Shown one piece after another: positions 36,109 through 48,885 of a stretch of DNA of 64,000 nt (positions are counted from its first letter, which is position 1; every line of letters begins with the position of its first letter). Location of the stretch: positions 348,192,001 to 348,256,000 of the forward strand of contig OZ024740.1 in NCBI GenBank assembly GCA_964016885.1, written 5' to 3'. The position numbers were made by a program, and so were the translations under genes. The notes beneath the pieces are model-generated. The model did not search any database. It was not told the DNA's origin and was given only the letters and a program-made list of their open reading frames with translations. This DNA comes from Eledone cirrhosa (Eukaryota).

Positions 36109-36399
36109 TAAAAACAAATAACGAAACGAAATTAAATTTCGTTTCGCTTCTAACTGACTTTTGTATGACTGACGCTTAAACAATTAAGTTAAAGTGTACA
36201 TCTACATATGTATACGGAAGTATTAGTATGCATATAAATACACACATGTATACATCTGTACATGTACTCAGTTTTTCACTAGACACTTTACAGTGAGTGT
36301 CAGCTAGTCTGTATGTAACCACACAGACGGACCGGGTTTTAGAGTCATACGAGGTTTCAAGGAAACACATTTCCTCTATTCTCCAGAGGGCCAGACAGG

Positions 36400-36444
36400 A
36401 ATATTGGACTAGTTTCGATGTTATTACATCTCATCAGCAATATT
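36400..36444 (-). ncRNA. Type I hammerhead ribozyme, intact
   Basis: aatattg-CTGATGA-gatgt-aata-acatc-GAAA-cta-GTC-caatatt. Confidence 0.92.
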
Positions 36445-36874
36445 TACCCATCTTCCGGCTTCTCTGGAGAATTGTAAAAGCACATATCGTTATATGCTTT
36501 TTCTATGAAAATTAGTAGTGGGTAGACTAATTTGCATAGAACGTGAGTCATTGTACGCACCGGTTCAGCGGAAACGATAAAAACAAATAACGAAACGAAA
36601 TTAAATTTCGTTTCGCTTCTAACTCACTTTTGTATGACTGACGCTTAAACAATTAAGTTAAAGTGTACATCTACATATGTATACGGAAGTATTAGTATGC
36701 ATATAAATACACACATGTATACATCTGTACATGTACTCAGTTTTTCACTAGACACTTTACAGTGAGTGTCAGCTAGTCTGTATGTAACCACACAGACGGA
36801 CCGGGTTTTAGAGTCATACGAGGTTTCAAGGAAACACATTTCCTCTATTCCTTTTTTCCAGAGGGCCAGACAGG

Positions 36875-36919
36875 AATATTGGACTAGTTTCGATGTTATT
36901 ACATCTCATCAGCAATATT
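36875..36919 (-). ncRNA. Type I hammerhead ribozyme, intact
   Basis: Identical to 36400-36444. Confidence 0.92.
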
Positions 36920-37070
36920 TACCCATCTTCCGGCTTCTCTGGAGAATTGTAAAAGCACATATCGTTATATGCTTTTTCTATGAAAATTAGTACCCACTAC
37001 TAATTTTCATAGAAAAAGCATATAACGATATGTGCTTTTACAATTCTCCAGAGAAGCCGGAAGATGGGTA

Positions 37071-37115
37071 AATATTGCTGATGAGATGTAATAACATCGA
37101 AACTAGTCCAATATT
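37071..37115 (+). ncRNA. Type I hammerhead ribozyme, intact
   Basis: Same 45-mer on +. Stem I 7 bp, stem II 5 bp, palindromic stem III ACTAGT, GUC cleavage triplet. Confidence 0.92.
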
Positions 37116-37223
37116 CCTGTCTGGCCCTCTGGAGAATAGAGGAAATGTGTTTCCTTGAAACCTCGTATGACTCTAAAACCCGGTCCGTCTGTGTGGTTAC
37201 ATACAGACTAGCTGACACTCACT

Positions 37224-37255
<32 letters not shown>

Positions 37256-38388
37256 GTATATGTGTGTGCATACATACACGTGTGTGTGTTTTGTGGGATA
37301 AACTTCTGCATAGGCACCCAACCACACAGTATCTCCAATTCTGGTAGTAGCAGCAGAATCACAGCAACAAAATACCACCAACAACAACACCAGCATTAGA
37401 AGCACAATTAATACCAACAAAGACAATAAAGTCGATAATAAAAGCAACAGAAGAAAATACAATAAATAAATCCACCCAGAAATCTTCCAATCCAACTCAA
37501 CTTCTCTCATTCTCTCCTTCTCCACCTTCCAAACACACATGCACAGAATCACACATTCAAACACACTCTTGCCCCCATCCTAGTAGGATTTCTCCGACAC
37601 ACTCTGCTCCTCATTTCCCAATGAATAGGATGGGTATTCCCATTAACCAAATAAAAAAAATAGAGAAAAAACATTTAAAATTGTGCCTCACCCCAACAGG
37701 CACTTCAGAAAACATGGATACACCTACATCAAATACAGACAGACCTGCAACTACCCCCCCCCCTCCCTCACGTGCACCCCATGACCACGTCCACTATCAC
37801 CACTGAAACTAACACCAACATCACCACGACTAAAAACACTGCCAAAAGCCCGTCTACTCACTACAAACAGAACATTTACAAAGGAATAACACAAACATAC
37901 AAACGCAAAGGAACAGTAAGCTGTAACCAGATACACACCAACATTTCTGCTAGAATTTCTGCTAGAAGAACTATCACATCATAACAGATAGTAAGGACAT
38001 AAAAAGAAAAGGTAGTAAATTTTATACCAGCTCTGACTGGCAATTGTTATGCAGTTTCCGTTGAAGATGAATCACAGGAATTGCTCATTGAAATGGAACT
38101 AATCAAAGAATACTCAATAAATTTGATGTTTTCATTTTGTCCAATATTTTGTTGTTAGTATTTGAAATCTGAGGATATTTCTTTAATGTTTAATATAACT
38201 TGAGTGATCTTCATAGAATTCCTTGACGGCAAAAGTAAGAAAAAATAGGAGAGATTCTAAAGAATAAATGTTCCGAAAAATCGTGACTAGCACCCATTAA
38301 ATTCTTCAATGAAATTTCGCACAAAAAGCATATTTTTCTGGACACAGGACACTTATAATCATGCATATACATGGACACACACACTCAA

Positions 38389-38389
<1 letters not shown>

Positions 38390-38462
<73 letters not shown>
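38390..38462. repeat. (CA)n microsatellite
   Basis: Direct. Confidence 0.95.
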
Positions 38463-38465
<3 letters not shown>

Positions 38466-39382
38466 TGTTTGTGTGTGCGTGCGGGCATGAAGGTATGCTA
38501 TGCTGGTTGTGTGCGTGTTTATGTGCAGTTTTGTGAGATGTGAGTGTATCTAATTATGCATAAGCAGGCTAAATATCTCAACTTTTTAGGAAGAGTAAGC
38601 ATTTGAGTAGCGTACCTAGTACCTGGTTTATCGGTTAAGGGATATAAAAAGCAACAGCCAATCGGCTGAATTTGAAAGCAGAACGTAAAGCAGCCACTAA
38701 ATACAAAACATACTTCTCTAAATCTGTGACTAGGGTGAATTCTTGGCAGGCCTCGAAAATACTGAGAATTATGTTGTACGATCAATTGAATTCCTATTCA
38801 TAAAATTATGCTGTAACCTACTGAGTATGTCATAGTCACGTACACCCTTATTGTAATTCTCAGGCCGTATCAGCAGCAAGAGAATGTGATAACATTTGAA
38901 TTAAAGGTACACTCCAGAAACAGGGAGAAGGACATAGGGAAAGTAAGAGAAAGTGAGGGTAAGAGGAGAGAAGGATCCACCCCAACATTGGACAGTTGCT
39001 TCATTAACCGAGCCTCAACATATGAAATGCACCGTTTAGTCTGGCAAAACAATTCATCCTATTTTGCCAATTTGCCGACTTCAATCAGCAAAGCTTCTAC
39101 TTTTGATTTAATTACCATTACAACAGCATATTAATTAATGTTCTTTTTCTTCTAGAATTTGAATTTCGCCATGATCAACTCTGTCTTTTCCTTGTTTGGG
39201 TCTTTGAAATAGCAGTCACGTTCTGATTTCCACTAAATCGACTATAAATGCCATTTCATTGTGAATATGTGATATGATTACGTTAGCAAAATATTTCATG
39301 CTTTTGCGCGAATGATGCATTCAAATTAGAAGGGGGCTTCATAGACGAGTAGAGATTCTAAGCAAAATTGTCTCATCATATT

Positions 39383-41070
39383 ATTAATAATAATAATGAT
39401 GCTTTCTTTATTAACCACAAGGGTTTACACAAAGTAAAACATTAAGGACAATACAGGACGGTACAAATGGGCATTTCTGCGTGTAAAAAAAAACAAAGAA
39501 AAACAGGATGTAACAAAAAAAAGAAACAATGAAAAATTCCCCAATAGTGGGGTGACTTCCGAGGGACATTTGTGGAGAAAGCCCATTAAAAAAGTGCCCT
39601 CTCCCAGTTTTCCACCTTCAATTTACAGGCGCATACTCGGGCCATCGTTGCCTCTCTCACCCATCTTTCAACAAAATGTTGGAAAGAGAGCACTTCCCTC
39701 TCTACCCTGATTTTCCTTTTCAAATGAAATTTGAAAAAGTTAATCAGGGCATCACCGAAGAGGTAAGTGCTCGTCTTCAGCCCTTTCAAACGCGTCCACC
39801 ACACTATCTCTTTCGCCATGGCCACCAGACAGATAAAAACTGCCTGCCCTTCCTGGCTAAAGGAAGAGGGCAGGGCAATCCTGACGATGGAGTCAGCTGA
39901 TAGCCCGATCCGTCTTACACGCGATAGGTGTTCGACATAAACCCACAAGTCAGCAATGCTCGGACACTGGACGAGTGCGTGCAGCACGGTTTCGTCGCCC
40001 TGCGCGCATCTCGGACATGCCCGGCTGACAGCACTTCCATGCCTGTAGAGTTTATCCCGAACTTTCAAAGCTTCTCGGTAACACTGCCAGGCCAGGGATT
40101 TCTGGAAGTTGTCCATAGGCCCGAAAGTTCTCTCGAACAGATTGGCTAGTTGATTTTCTTCGACGCCCAGTCTCCCCAAGTACGTCGTTGTTCTCCCCCT
40201 CCACTAATCTTCTATAGAACGTCGAGGTGGAGTTTCCACCGATCGCATTAACCGACTGGTCGCTGTGAAGACATTCCAGTCTCCAAGCGCTCCCTCTCGG
40301 TCTTCGCTTGACCCAGGCCTGCAGCTCCGCCAAGGAGACGAGCTGGGTAAACACGCGTTTAGCAAACGGCGACCACACCTGATCACCGTCGAGGAAGAGG
40401 TGGAGATGTTGTAGCCTGAACGCACGTCTGCGCATCATCAGCCACTGCATTCCCAGCCCTCCACGTAGCGGGTGTTGACAGCAGATGGACCTCCTGACCA
40501 TCGGAGTGCGTCCCTTCCACAAAAGAGCAAACGTTCCAGCGCAGTAAGGCGAAACTTAGGACAATGGCACGACGGTCAGGCGGTAGTAGATGACGGACGC
40601 GATGAACGCATTCGCCACCTCCGCTCGACCTTTCAGGGATAGCTTCTCTGCCCATTTCTGGATGAGAGAAGCCACCCTGCTCGTCACCTCGTCCCAGTTT
40701 TTGTCCGTCTGGAAGTCTGGACCAAACCATAACCCTAGCAATTTAACCGGTACGTCCGTCCAGCGCCCGTCGACGCTGTTGGACGGCATGGACCTGCCTC
40801 TCCAGGTGACGAGCTGCAGGCCCACCGACTTTTCCTGGTTGATCATGCTCTTGTCACCGCCTCGTATTCTTTTAGTGTAGTGCCGATCGCCTCGATGTAT
40901 TTGGCGTTCGTCACCACTACGGTGACCTCGTCTGCATATGCTGACACGGATCTTTCGCATCCCTGTTCGCGCGGGACCTCCCTCAACGTCTCCAGTTTGT
41001 GTAGTAATGGCTCGAAAGACAATACGTACAACAGGGTCGAGAGGGGGCATCCTTGGCGGACCGAGGAAGA
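39383..41070 (-). mobile_element. 5'-truncated Tx1/L1-clade LINE (RT C-half, CCHC knuckle, 3' UTR, (ATT)n tail), frameshifted
   Basis: VRQGCPLS, LYVLSFEPLL, SAYADEVTV, INQEKS, KLLGLWFG, LSLKGRAEVAN, GGLG, CPRC..DETVLHALVQC. Confidence 0.88.
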
Positions 41071-41960
41071 CTAGGAAGCTATTGACTATCTACAACATCT
41101 TCCACAAGAGGAGTGATGTCGATAGACTCTACTTAAAGAGATCTGAAGGTGGAAGAGGTCTTATCAGCATAGAGGACTGTGTTCAGATGGAGAAAAACAA
41201 CCTGCACAAATACGTGACTGATAGTGGGGAGCCAATGTTCAAAATTGTACTGAAGGAGAAGACAATAGATCAGGGATGTCTAAGGAGGAAATATTAACAA
41301 CTAGGAAGAGCACCCTTCATGAAAAATCCCTTCATAGACATGGAACTGGTTAAAAAGAGGAGACCTTAAACAAGCTATAGAAAGAATGCTAATGGCTGCG
41401 CAAGAGCAAGCCCTGAGAACGAAGTAGCTGAAACACCATATTGACAAGGAGGAGGCTAGCTCACTGCGTAGGATCTGTGGAGAGAGGAGACTGTGGCTCA
41501 CATTGTATCCGAGTGTAAACACCTAGCCCAGACTCGCCATAAAGGCTGGAGACATGATGTGATAGGCAGGGTGATCCACTAGCATCTATGCAAAGTAAAC
41601 AATTACCCACATTCTAAGAAATGGTATGAGCATAAGCCAGAGTCGGTGATAGAAAACGATCAGGTGAAGGTGCTATGGGATTTTAGGATACAGACGGACA
41701 AGAAATTAGAACACAATAGGCCTGATCTGGTGGTTTTGGACAAGGAAAAAAGATCGTGCCCATTTGACACGAGAGTGCAAGAAAAGGAGAGGGAGAAAAT
41801 TAACCGAAACCAGGATTTAAAGTGGGAGTTAAAAAGTATTTGGAACTGCCATGAAATCAAGGTCGTCCCGATTGTTATAGGCGCAGTAGGTACTATCTCA
41901 AAGAGTTTCCAAGGATGGCTAAAGAAGATTAGTCCAGCCCCGCTTTTTTCGAACACTTCA
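41064..41960 (+). mobile_element. R4/Dong-type LINE 3' fragment with CCHC and restriction-like endonuclease
   Basis: DVDRLYLKRSEGGRGL, AAQEQALRT, CRICG..TVAHIVSEC, RHD, KVLWDFRIQTD..NRPDLVV, VVPIVIGAVG. Confidence 0.88.
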
Positions 41961-41962
41961 AA

Positions 41963-42113
41963 AGGTGTTCGACATAAACCCACAAGTCAGCAATGCTCGG
42001 AAATTGGACGAGTGCATGCAGGACGGTTTTGTCGCCCTGCGCGCATCTCGGACATGCTCGGCTGACGGCACTTCCATGCCTGTAGAGTTTATCCCGAACT
42101 GACAAAGCTCCTC
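41963..42113 (-). mobile_element. Second short fragment of the same Tx1-like family
   Basis: Matches 39926-40075 with several substitutions. Confidence 0.85.
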
Positions 42114-42439
42114 TAATATTAATAATTGTTTCTACTTTTGGCACAAGGCCAGCAATTGTCCCAGTGCATTACTGTTCTGATTTAGTCACAAGGCCAACAA
42201 TATTTGGGGAGGTGATATTGGTAGGTTGTAGCTACCAAGGATTATCGGAGGACGTGGTTTGATTGGATAAGAAAAAGGGACTTAAAGTTTGGGATGCGAT
42301 CGTTAATCTGCCCTGTATAGTAGCAATCGTTGAGGACCAATTATGTCAAATACCATCTTCATAAGATTAGTGATTCCGCTTTGTCTAGGACTTGTAGAGC
42401 TAAATGAGAGACTATAAGCCATATAAATAAGCGAATGCT

Positions 42440-42720
42440 CCAAACCTTTCCACGAGAATACAAGAGAAGGCATGACAATAGAGCACACATCGTTCACAGC
42501 AAGCTTGTGAGAAGATGTTTCATAAGAGAGCTAATAAATGGTATGAGCATACACCAGAAAGTGTCATTGATAACTATGAGGTTAAAATATTGTGGGATTT
42601 TATGATACAATGTGACAATATGATTCAAGCAAGGAAGCCCGACATAGCAATTGTCAACAAGAAAATTAGACATAAGTCTTAGAGACTTAAATTTGAAGGA
42701 AGCTTTGGAACCTCTGTTCA
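42440..42720 (+). mobile_element. Second, diverged R4/Dong-type RLE fragment
   Basis: YKRRHDN, KWYEHTPESV, KILWDFMIQCD..ARKPDIAIVNKK. Confidence 0.75.
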
Positions 42721-43363
42721 TGTGTTATGTCCCGATTCCAAAGCTTAAATTAATTTGAAGACATACCAACATTCAAGAATTAATAATAATGTTGACTTCA
42801 TCAGTTTTAATACTAATACATGATTGGTTGGATCTTTAGAACGTCGAACAAAATTCTATACGATTTTTGTCCCTCTATTTAGTTTAAATCCACGTGAGGT
42901 CAATTTTGAATTTCATCGGTCCGCGGGTCGATAAAATGAGATACCAGCAATGCATTGGTGTCGATTTCCTCAAATTTCCCGTCCCACAAAATTGTTGGCC
43001 TTGTACCTAAATTAGAAATCATTGATAGTAATAATACGTATATTCACAGGTGAACTTGCATAAAATGAATTCATAATTTGAACAAAGTATTCTAGTATAT
43101 TAACCACATTACTTCTGATTGCTTCTTTAAGCTACTGTGTTTTGAGAGGACCCTTGGCCTAAACGAATAAATTACCAAAAATATATTTTCAGCTTCATAA
43201 TAGAAATGTCAGCCTCTTCCCCAAAATAATGTTTAGTTTTGTGTTCTCCCATTTGTTTATAGGTGACAGGAGAAAACGTTGTTATATAATATAATACTAT
43301 ATATCATAACAGAAGAAAATATTAGAAGTATAATACAATTCTATTATATGAGAATTAGTATAG

Positions 43364-43580
43364 GGCGGTGGATTGGCAGTATCGGCAGAGAGTCGGAAAA
43401 TATGCTTTTCAGGATAGAGTTACATCCCTTTACGTTATGAGTTAAAATCCCGTCAAGGTTAGGTTTGGCTTTCATCCTTAATGGGTAGATAAAATAAAGT
43501 ACTAATAACGCACTTGGGTCGATATAATCGACTTTCCCCTCCCTCAAAATTGCTGGCTTTGTGCCAAAATCAGAAACCAT
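43364..43580 (+). mobile_element. Nin/Deu-domain SINE, long variant
   Basis: A box tggcagtatcgg, B-box-like gagttaaaatcc, core gctttcatcc..gataaaataaagtac. Confidence 0.8.
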
Positions 43581-45090
43581 TATATGAGAATTTGTTTTAT
43601 ATGAATGTCATAATTCCATTGAACAGGGTAATTAATCCGTTTACTTTTCAATCCTCACAATATAATGTTATTGTTAAATACTTATAGCTAGAAATGAAAG
43701 ATTTTATATTCCTGACATTCAATGAATATTTATCTTTATATTTTTCTATGATCTACGAAGCAAATTCTCAGTGATGTACTGATATTAATTTTCTATGATA
43801 ATACTCTCTTGAGCTTACAAAATAAAATAAAAATTATTGTAATATGTTAATGGGGAAAACCTGTAAACTCTTCGAATAGAAAGCAAGTCAACTTGAAATA
43901 ACACACTCTTTTTAAAAGTGGGAAAATATTATGAGTAATTAGCATACACAAATTGGATAATTTCATCCGTTCATATTTTGAATGATGGAAAATATCTTCG
44001 CTTAGATTTTCCACCACCCATCTATGTATATTACGTTACCTGCATACTGCACTACATGATTATTCAAAATATGTCCTCATATTAATGGTGAGTTTAGATA
44101 GAGAGTCAAAAATATGTAGCGAGCGATAGAATGATGAGTTGATTGATTCAAAGTATATATTTTCCGATCAATTTCGTTTTGAGTTCAAGACTCGTAAATG
44201 TTCGTTTTCTCTTTCATCTTTCTCCTGTCGATTACGGAAAATTTATGCTTCTATACCACTACATGCAATCTTTTCTATTCAGTCGTTAAGATCCTATTTC
44301 ATCCTCCTTTATTAGATATTTGCATGACGCGCCTAAGTATCATATATATTACTAAAAACACGCTGAAAGAGTTAGGTTATTTGATATAGGCTATCAGCAA
44401 AATATATTCCTACTCCTAATAAATCGACAGATGTTGCTGTAGCATTTGAGAATAAAGTAATTCGTTTGAAGATACGGATAGGATTATGTGAAAATATGTG
44501 ACAGAATAGTTTCATTTTTTGAAATTGTATATCATATGTCGTTAACGTGCCTATATATTTAGGAACTTCTCTACCACATATTTATATGAGTAATTGTGTG
44601 AGCGATACTGTACCTTTGTTAAAGAAGGCTAGAAGCTCAGTACATTTGCTCGAAGCAAAGAGAGGATACGAAATTAAAATGAAATATGTCAATATATTAG
44701 CTAGAAAAACCAACGTTCATATATAGCCTAAATATCGATATTGTCGAATCTTAGTACAATTTTGTAACACATATAATGGACGAAGAAACCTAGATAACAT
44801 ACTGTCCTAAAAGCGTCATAAAAGTTCCTGTAAATCTACACATACATTGTTTAAAAGAAAACATTATAAAACAGCTAAACTCGGAAGATATGCATGGTGG
44901 CTCGACCTACTTTATAAAAAGTAGGGAAATACTCCTAAATTCACACCTAGCCTTAAATACCTCTGGAAATATAATGGATTTCTCATGACAGAAATACTTT
45001 CGTGGACAATGGGCTAGAAAAAAACCTACACCGGAACGTATGGGTAAATTTTGTAAACTAACATTCTAGTTCAAATGTAAACCAAAATAA

Positions 45091-45465
45091 TAGTTTCTGA
45101 TTTAACCGCAAGGCCAACAATTTGGGGTGGGGAAAGTCGATTAGATCAAACCCAGTGCATTACTGGTACTTTATTTTATCGAGCCCCGTAAGGATGAAAG
45201 GCAAAGGTAGCCTTGGCGGGATTTGAACTCAGAAAGTAAAGGGCCGTAAATCTATGCTGCAAATCAGAGAGACTGATGCTTTACCGATTCTACCATTCCG
45301 CCGCCTTATAAGTAAACCAAAATAAGGATTCTCCTATAGTCATAGGGCCAACAACTGAGGGTAGGGGAAAGTAGATTAAATGAACGCAATACCTTACTGC
45401 TACTTTATATTATCGAACCCGTAAGTATGAAAGGCAAAGCTAACTTCGGCGGTATTAGACCTCAA
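45091..45465 (-). mobile_element. Two tandem SINE copies (45091-45305, ~45330-45465)
   Basis: Both contain gtaag.atgaaaggcaaag core in reverse orientation. Confidence 0.75.
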
Positions 45466-45979
45466 TGCGAACCAAAATAATTCATCGACATTAAATATTC
45501 TGCGCACAAAAAAGAAAACGTTGCGGTTTCCGTCCCGAGTAGGCCAAATTAAACTATATGTTGAATACTATAATATCTTACTTGACTAAAATAAAGATCC
45601 TTGCGTTTAATAACAATTCTATTATGTTTATAGACATTATATATTTAACTTGTAAAAAATGATTGTATATAAATATTGCTTAAATATATTCATTCTAGAA
45701 ATACGACTATTTAGAAGATATTGGTATTTATGTTGGTAATTTGTTTTCAGGTCTAGCTCTTCGTTATAACAGCTTACTAGTGATGAAGATAATATTATAA
45801 TGAAATATTATATATTCCATGACTTAATTTTCTGTTTAACTAACCTGCATACACGCTTCATTCTGTATTTCAGGTAAATATTAAATCCTAATTATATGAT
45901 GTGAATTCTGACTTGCTGCAGGTAAGATGCAATAACATTACGTTTTGTTTTCACATTAGTTACACAGACACACAAAGGC

Positions 45980-46076
<97 letters not shown>

Positions 46077-46567
46077 TGTGTGCGTGTGTGCGTGTCTGAT
46101 GGTAGCTAAGATGCTTCAATAGGCGGTATGCCGGTTGAGCACTCTATGCTCTTACAGAGCATAGAATAGAAAACGAAAAATTAGTGATACATCTGAACTC
46201 AATTTATTGTGTTTTACAATTCTTCGCCGGTGGACAGCTCCAGACGCGATCATTGTGTGGATCTGTCTGATTCTGGACCCGCAGGTTCGACGGACACGTC
46301 TAATGATTTCGTCATTAGACGTGTTAGAACAGGTGAGCGATAGGAAAATTTGTGAATTTGAAACTTAGAAGCAACAATTTTGTTTCTCTATGGAAAATAG
46401 TCCAAGTTGGGCATATAAACCCGGAAGACGCAATCATTTGTACAGCACCGTCCCTGCTTTCCCGTTCCAGGTTTTATATGCCCAAGTTATTAGAGTATTT
46501 TTCATAGTCAAACAACATTGATGTTTCTAACATTCAAATAAATAAAACTCATATCTATATATATATA

Positions 46568-46758
46568 CAGAGTGTCCCCCTAAAATGTATACACATCTCA
46601 ACAGCATTCTAATGAAAATATGTATACATTGTTCGGGGACACCTCTGTATATATATATATATATATATACATGCAGAGGTGTCCCCAAACAATGTATACA
46701 CACTTCAACAGCATTCTAATAAAAGTGTGTATACATTTTTTTTTGGGGGGGGGACTTG
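46568..46758. mobile_element. Two tandem ~80-bp Tc1/mariner-type MITEs (46568-46647, 46674-46758)
   Basis: TIRs cagag(g)tgtcccc..aatgtatac / gtatacatt..ggggacacctctg, TA-flanked, shared core tcaacagcattctaat. Confidence 0.75.
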
Positions 46759-47149
46759 TATACATATATATATATGAGTTTATATATATATGTATATATA
46801 TATATATAAGCTAATTAATGTATGTTTATTCGGAAGTGTTGTGTAGTATCATCTCGTTGATGTAATCAGGTAAGTGAACACCAGGTCAGTCGTATCTATC
46901 CAACATAAACATGGTGATCAAACGTGACATTATCGTATCTGTGTCTGACTGTATTAACATTGTATACGTATGTGTTTGTTGTCCGCATATGTAGAAAATA
47001 TAACGAAGCTTATTTATGACAAATATACATTTTTCACACACAAAATAAAAATGAAACGTAAATTAAAATGGAAATGCTGAAGTTGAAATAAACAAAACAG
47101 CAGTTAAATAGTCATACCAACCATACTATATGACGCTAAGTGTAATTTT

Positions 47150-48600
47150 CTTGTAGTGTGTTTGATTCCTAATAGTGGAAAGCTTGATATTTGGGCGGCA
47201 TTACACAGTTTCCTCCATTTGCATATAGCATCTAAATATCCCTCTAAGTAGCATCAGCTAGATTATTGTTTTCATGTACTACTTTCGTGGCGTCAGCATG
47301 GCTAGTGAGAGAGTATGGCTGTACAAGAGGGGGCACGTCTTAAAGATTCATCACAAACAGCGGTGGCTAAAAATATTTCTCTGGCGGACTCTACACTCTT
47401 CTAATATTTTCTTTTAAGGGGATCATTTCCTGCAACAGCATGGTTTCCATTCTTTATGAAAAGAAGCCATGCAATCATATTCTTAGTTTTCCAGCTACAT
47501 TGTTGCACACCAAAGCTTATCAAATATAATTGCAAACTCAAGTTATGTCGCATTTACGTTGAGCAATTTAGTAGCTATTTCAATGTCCAGTCATAATCTA
47601 AAAGCTAAGGCAGTTTTTTTTTCCCGGGGGAATGTCGTGCTGATTATTATTATGAAAGTAATTTTCTTCTCGGAAAATGATAAATTTTCTTGAGATAATT
47701 TATTCCACGAATTTTCATATATTTTGTGTCAGAGGTAGGTCGGTAATTTTTAATATCTCTTTTAAATTTCCAGGGAGGTTACCACCTGCGAGGAAGCTTT
47801 GAAAGAGTATCTGTGGAGATTTGGTGGTGAAAGATTTTCAGGTCTTGGGGAAGATTACTGGGAGCCCATCAGTGCCAATATCTAAATTTAACTTAACTCT
47901 ATCTATAACTGATAATTCATCTTCCACGTGTATATCAATATATTTTATGGCTGCTATTTCTGTGTATAGTGTTGTGAGGCAAAAGGGCTCGACTCGTTAA
48001 TGTTTTTTGCACTTATCTCCTAAGAGTTAGAGAAACACCTTTGCATTGTTCATTCAGTATTTTTCATATCCTTTGTAAATCTACTATCAGAGATATTTTG
48101 ACCTTTGTTGGGTAAAGTAGAATTTATTCCATGTGAAATAAATTAAGCGGTGTTTTGCCGGTCTTGACTTATGTTGCGATATTTATGAGAGGCAGCCTTT
48201 GAGCTATGTGCGATTGGGGATTTTAAAATCGTTCAAGAGAAATATATTAATTTGTTTGATTAATAGCTCTGCTATCTTTCTAAGGATGTTCTCAAATTTA
48301 TCCTTATGGCTTGTGACATCCGGTGGAAAATATAAGTGTTTGAAGATGTTTGATGTGCGCTATCAGTATGACACAAAGCGCGTTTGGATGTAGTCAAGGG
48401 GCGTTACATCCTTACGAATGCACATTGCAACTGCAACATAATTTCTTTCTTTCCTATCTATTCCAAAAACGTCATTCGTTGGTGTATTTCCGTATCTGAT
48501 ATGTTGATGTTAGATGTGTTTCTGTGTTTCTGTCAGTGATATGTATACTGTTGGATTGCATATAATAAGTTATAGCAGGCCTCTCTCATATTTAGCAACT
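47150..48600 (-). mobile_element. Highly decayed hAT (Charlie/Buster-like) transposase remnant
   Basis: Scattered minus-strand motifs: IRYG plus BED-like Cys/His region near 48300-48500, IGTDGLPV (cf. TDGAPAM) at ~47860, MQMEET (cf. LQLDEST) at ~47210. Confidence 0.4.
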
Positions 48601-48885
48601 ATACTAGCAATAATTAATCAGTAATACAGGTGTGACATTTGCAAGAGTGTCAAAGGTAATCACCTTCGATTAACTGAGGCGGCCCTTCTGAGCATAGATA
48701 TGTCTCTGTATCAGTTGTTGCAGACATTTACACCTGCTGCATAAATTTCTGTCATGCAAGACCAATAAAAAACCCAGTATATATATAGAGAGAGATATAA
48801 AACCGTGTACGTGTGGTTGGTTGCAGTGTGTAATTATATATATTTCATGTCTATGTCAATATGCCAATGTATGTAAGTATGCCTA

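Larger units (their letters stand above)
36109..37226 (-). mobile_element. Non-coding HHR-bearing 469-bp tandem unit (1.9 copies) plus an inverted partial copy; retrozyme or non-autonomous PLE
   Basis: Units start at 36109 and 36578. Inverted copy at 36991-37226. Three identical HHRs. (TA)n on both sides. No meaningful ORF. Confidence 0.88.

Noticed and set aside
36176-37399. Repeated 64-84 aa ORFs (MCFLETSY..., MSASLYVT...)
   Set aside because: They recur only because the unit is repeated. No recognisable domain, and several lack an ATG start.
37300-38000. C/A-rich stretch with short Thr/Pro-rich ORFs
   Set aside because: Low complexity with no identifiable domain or splice structure.
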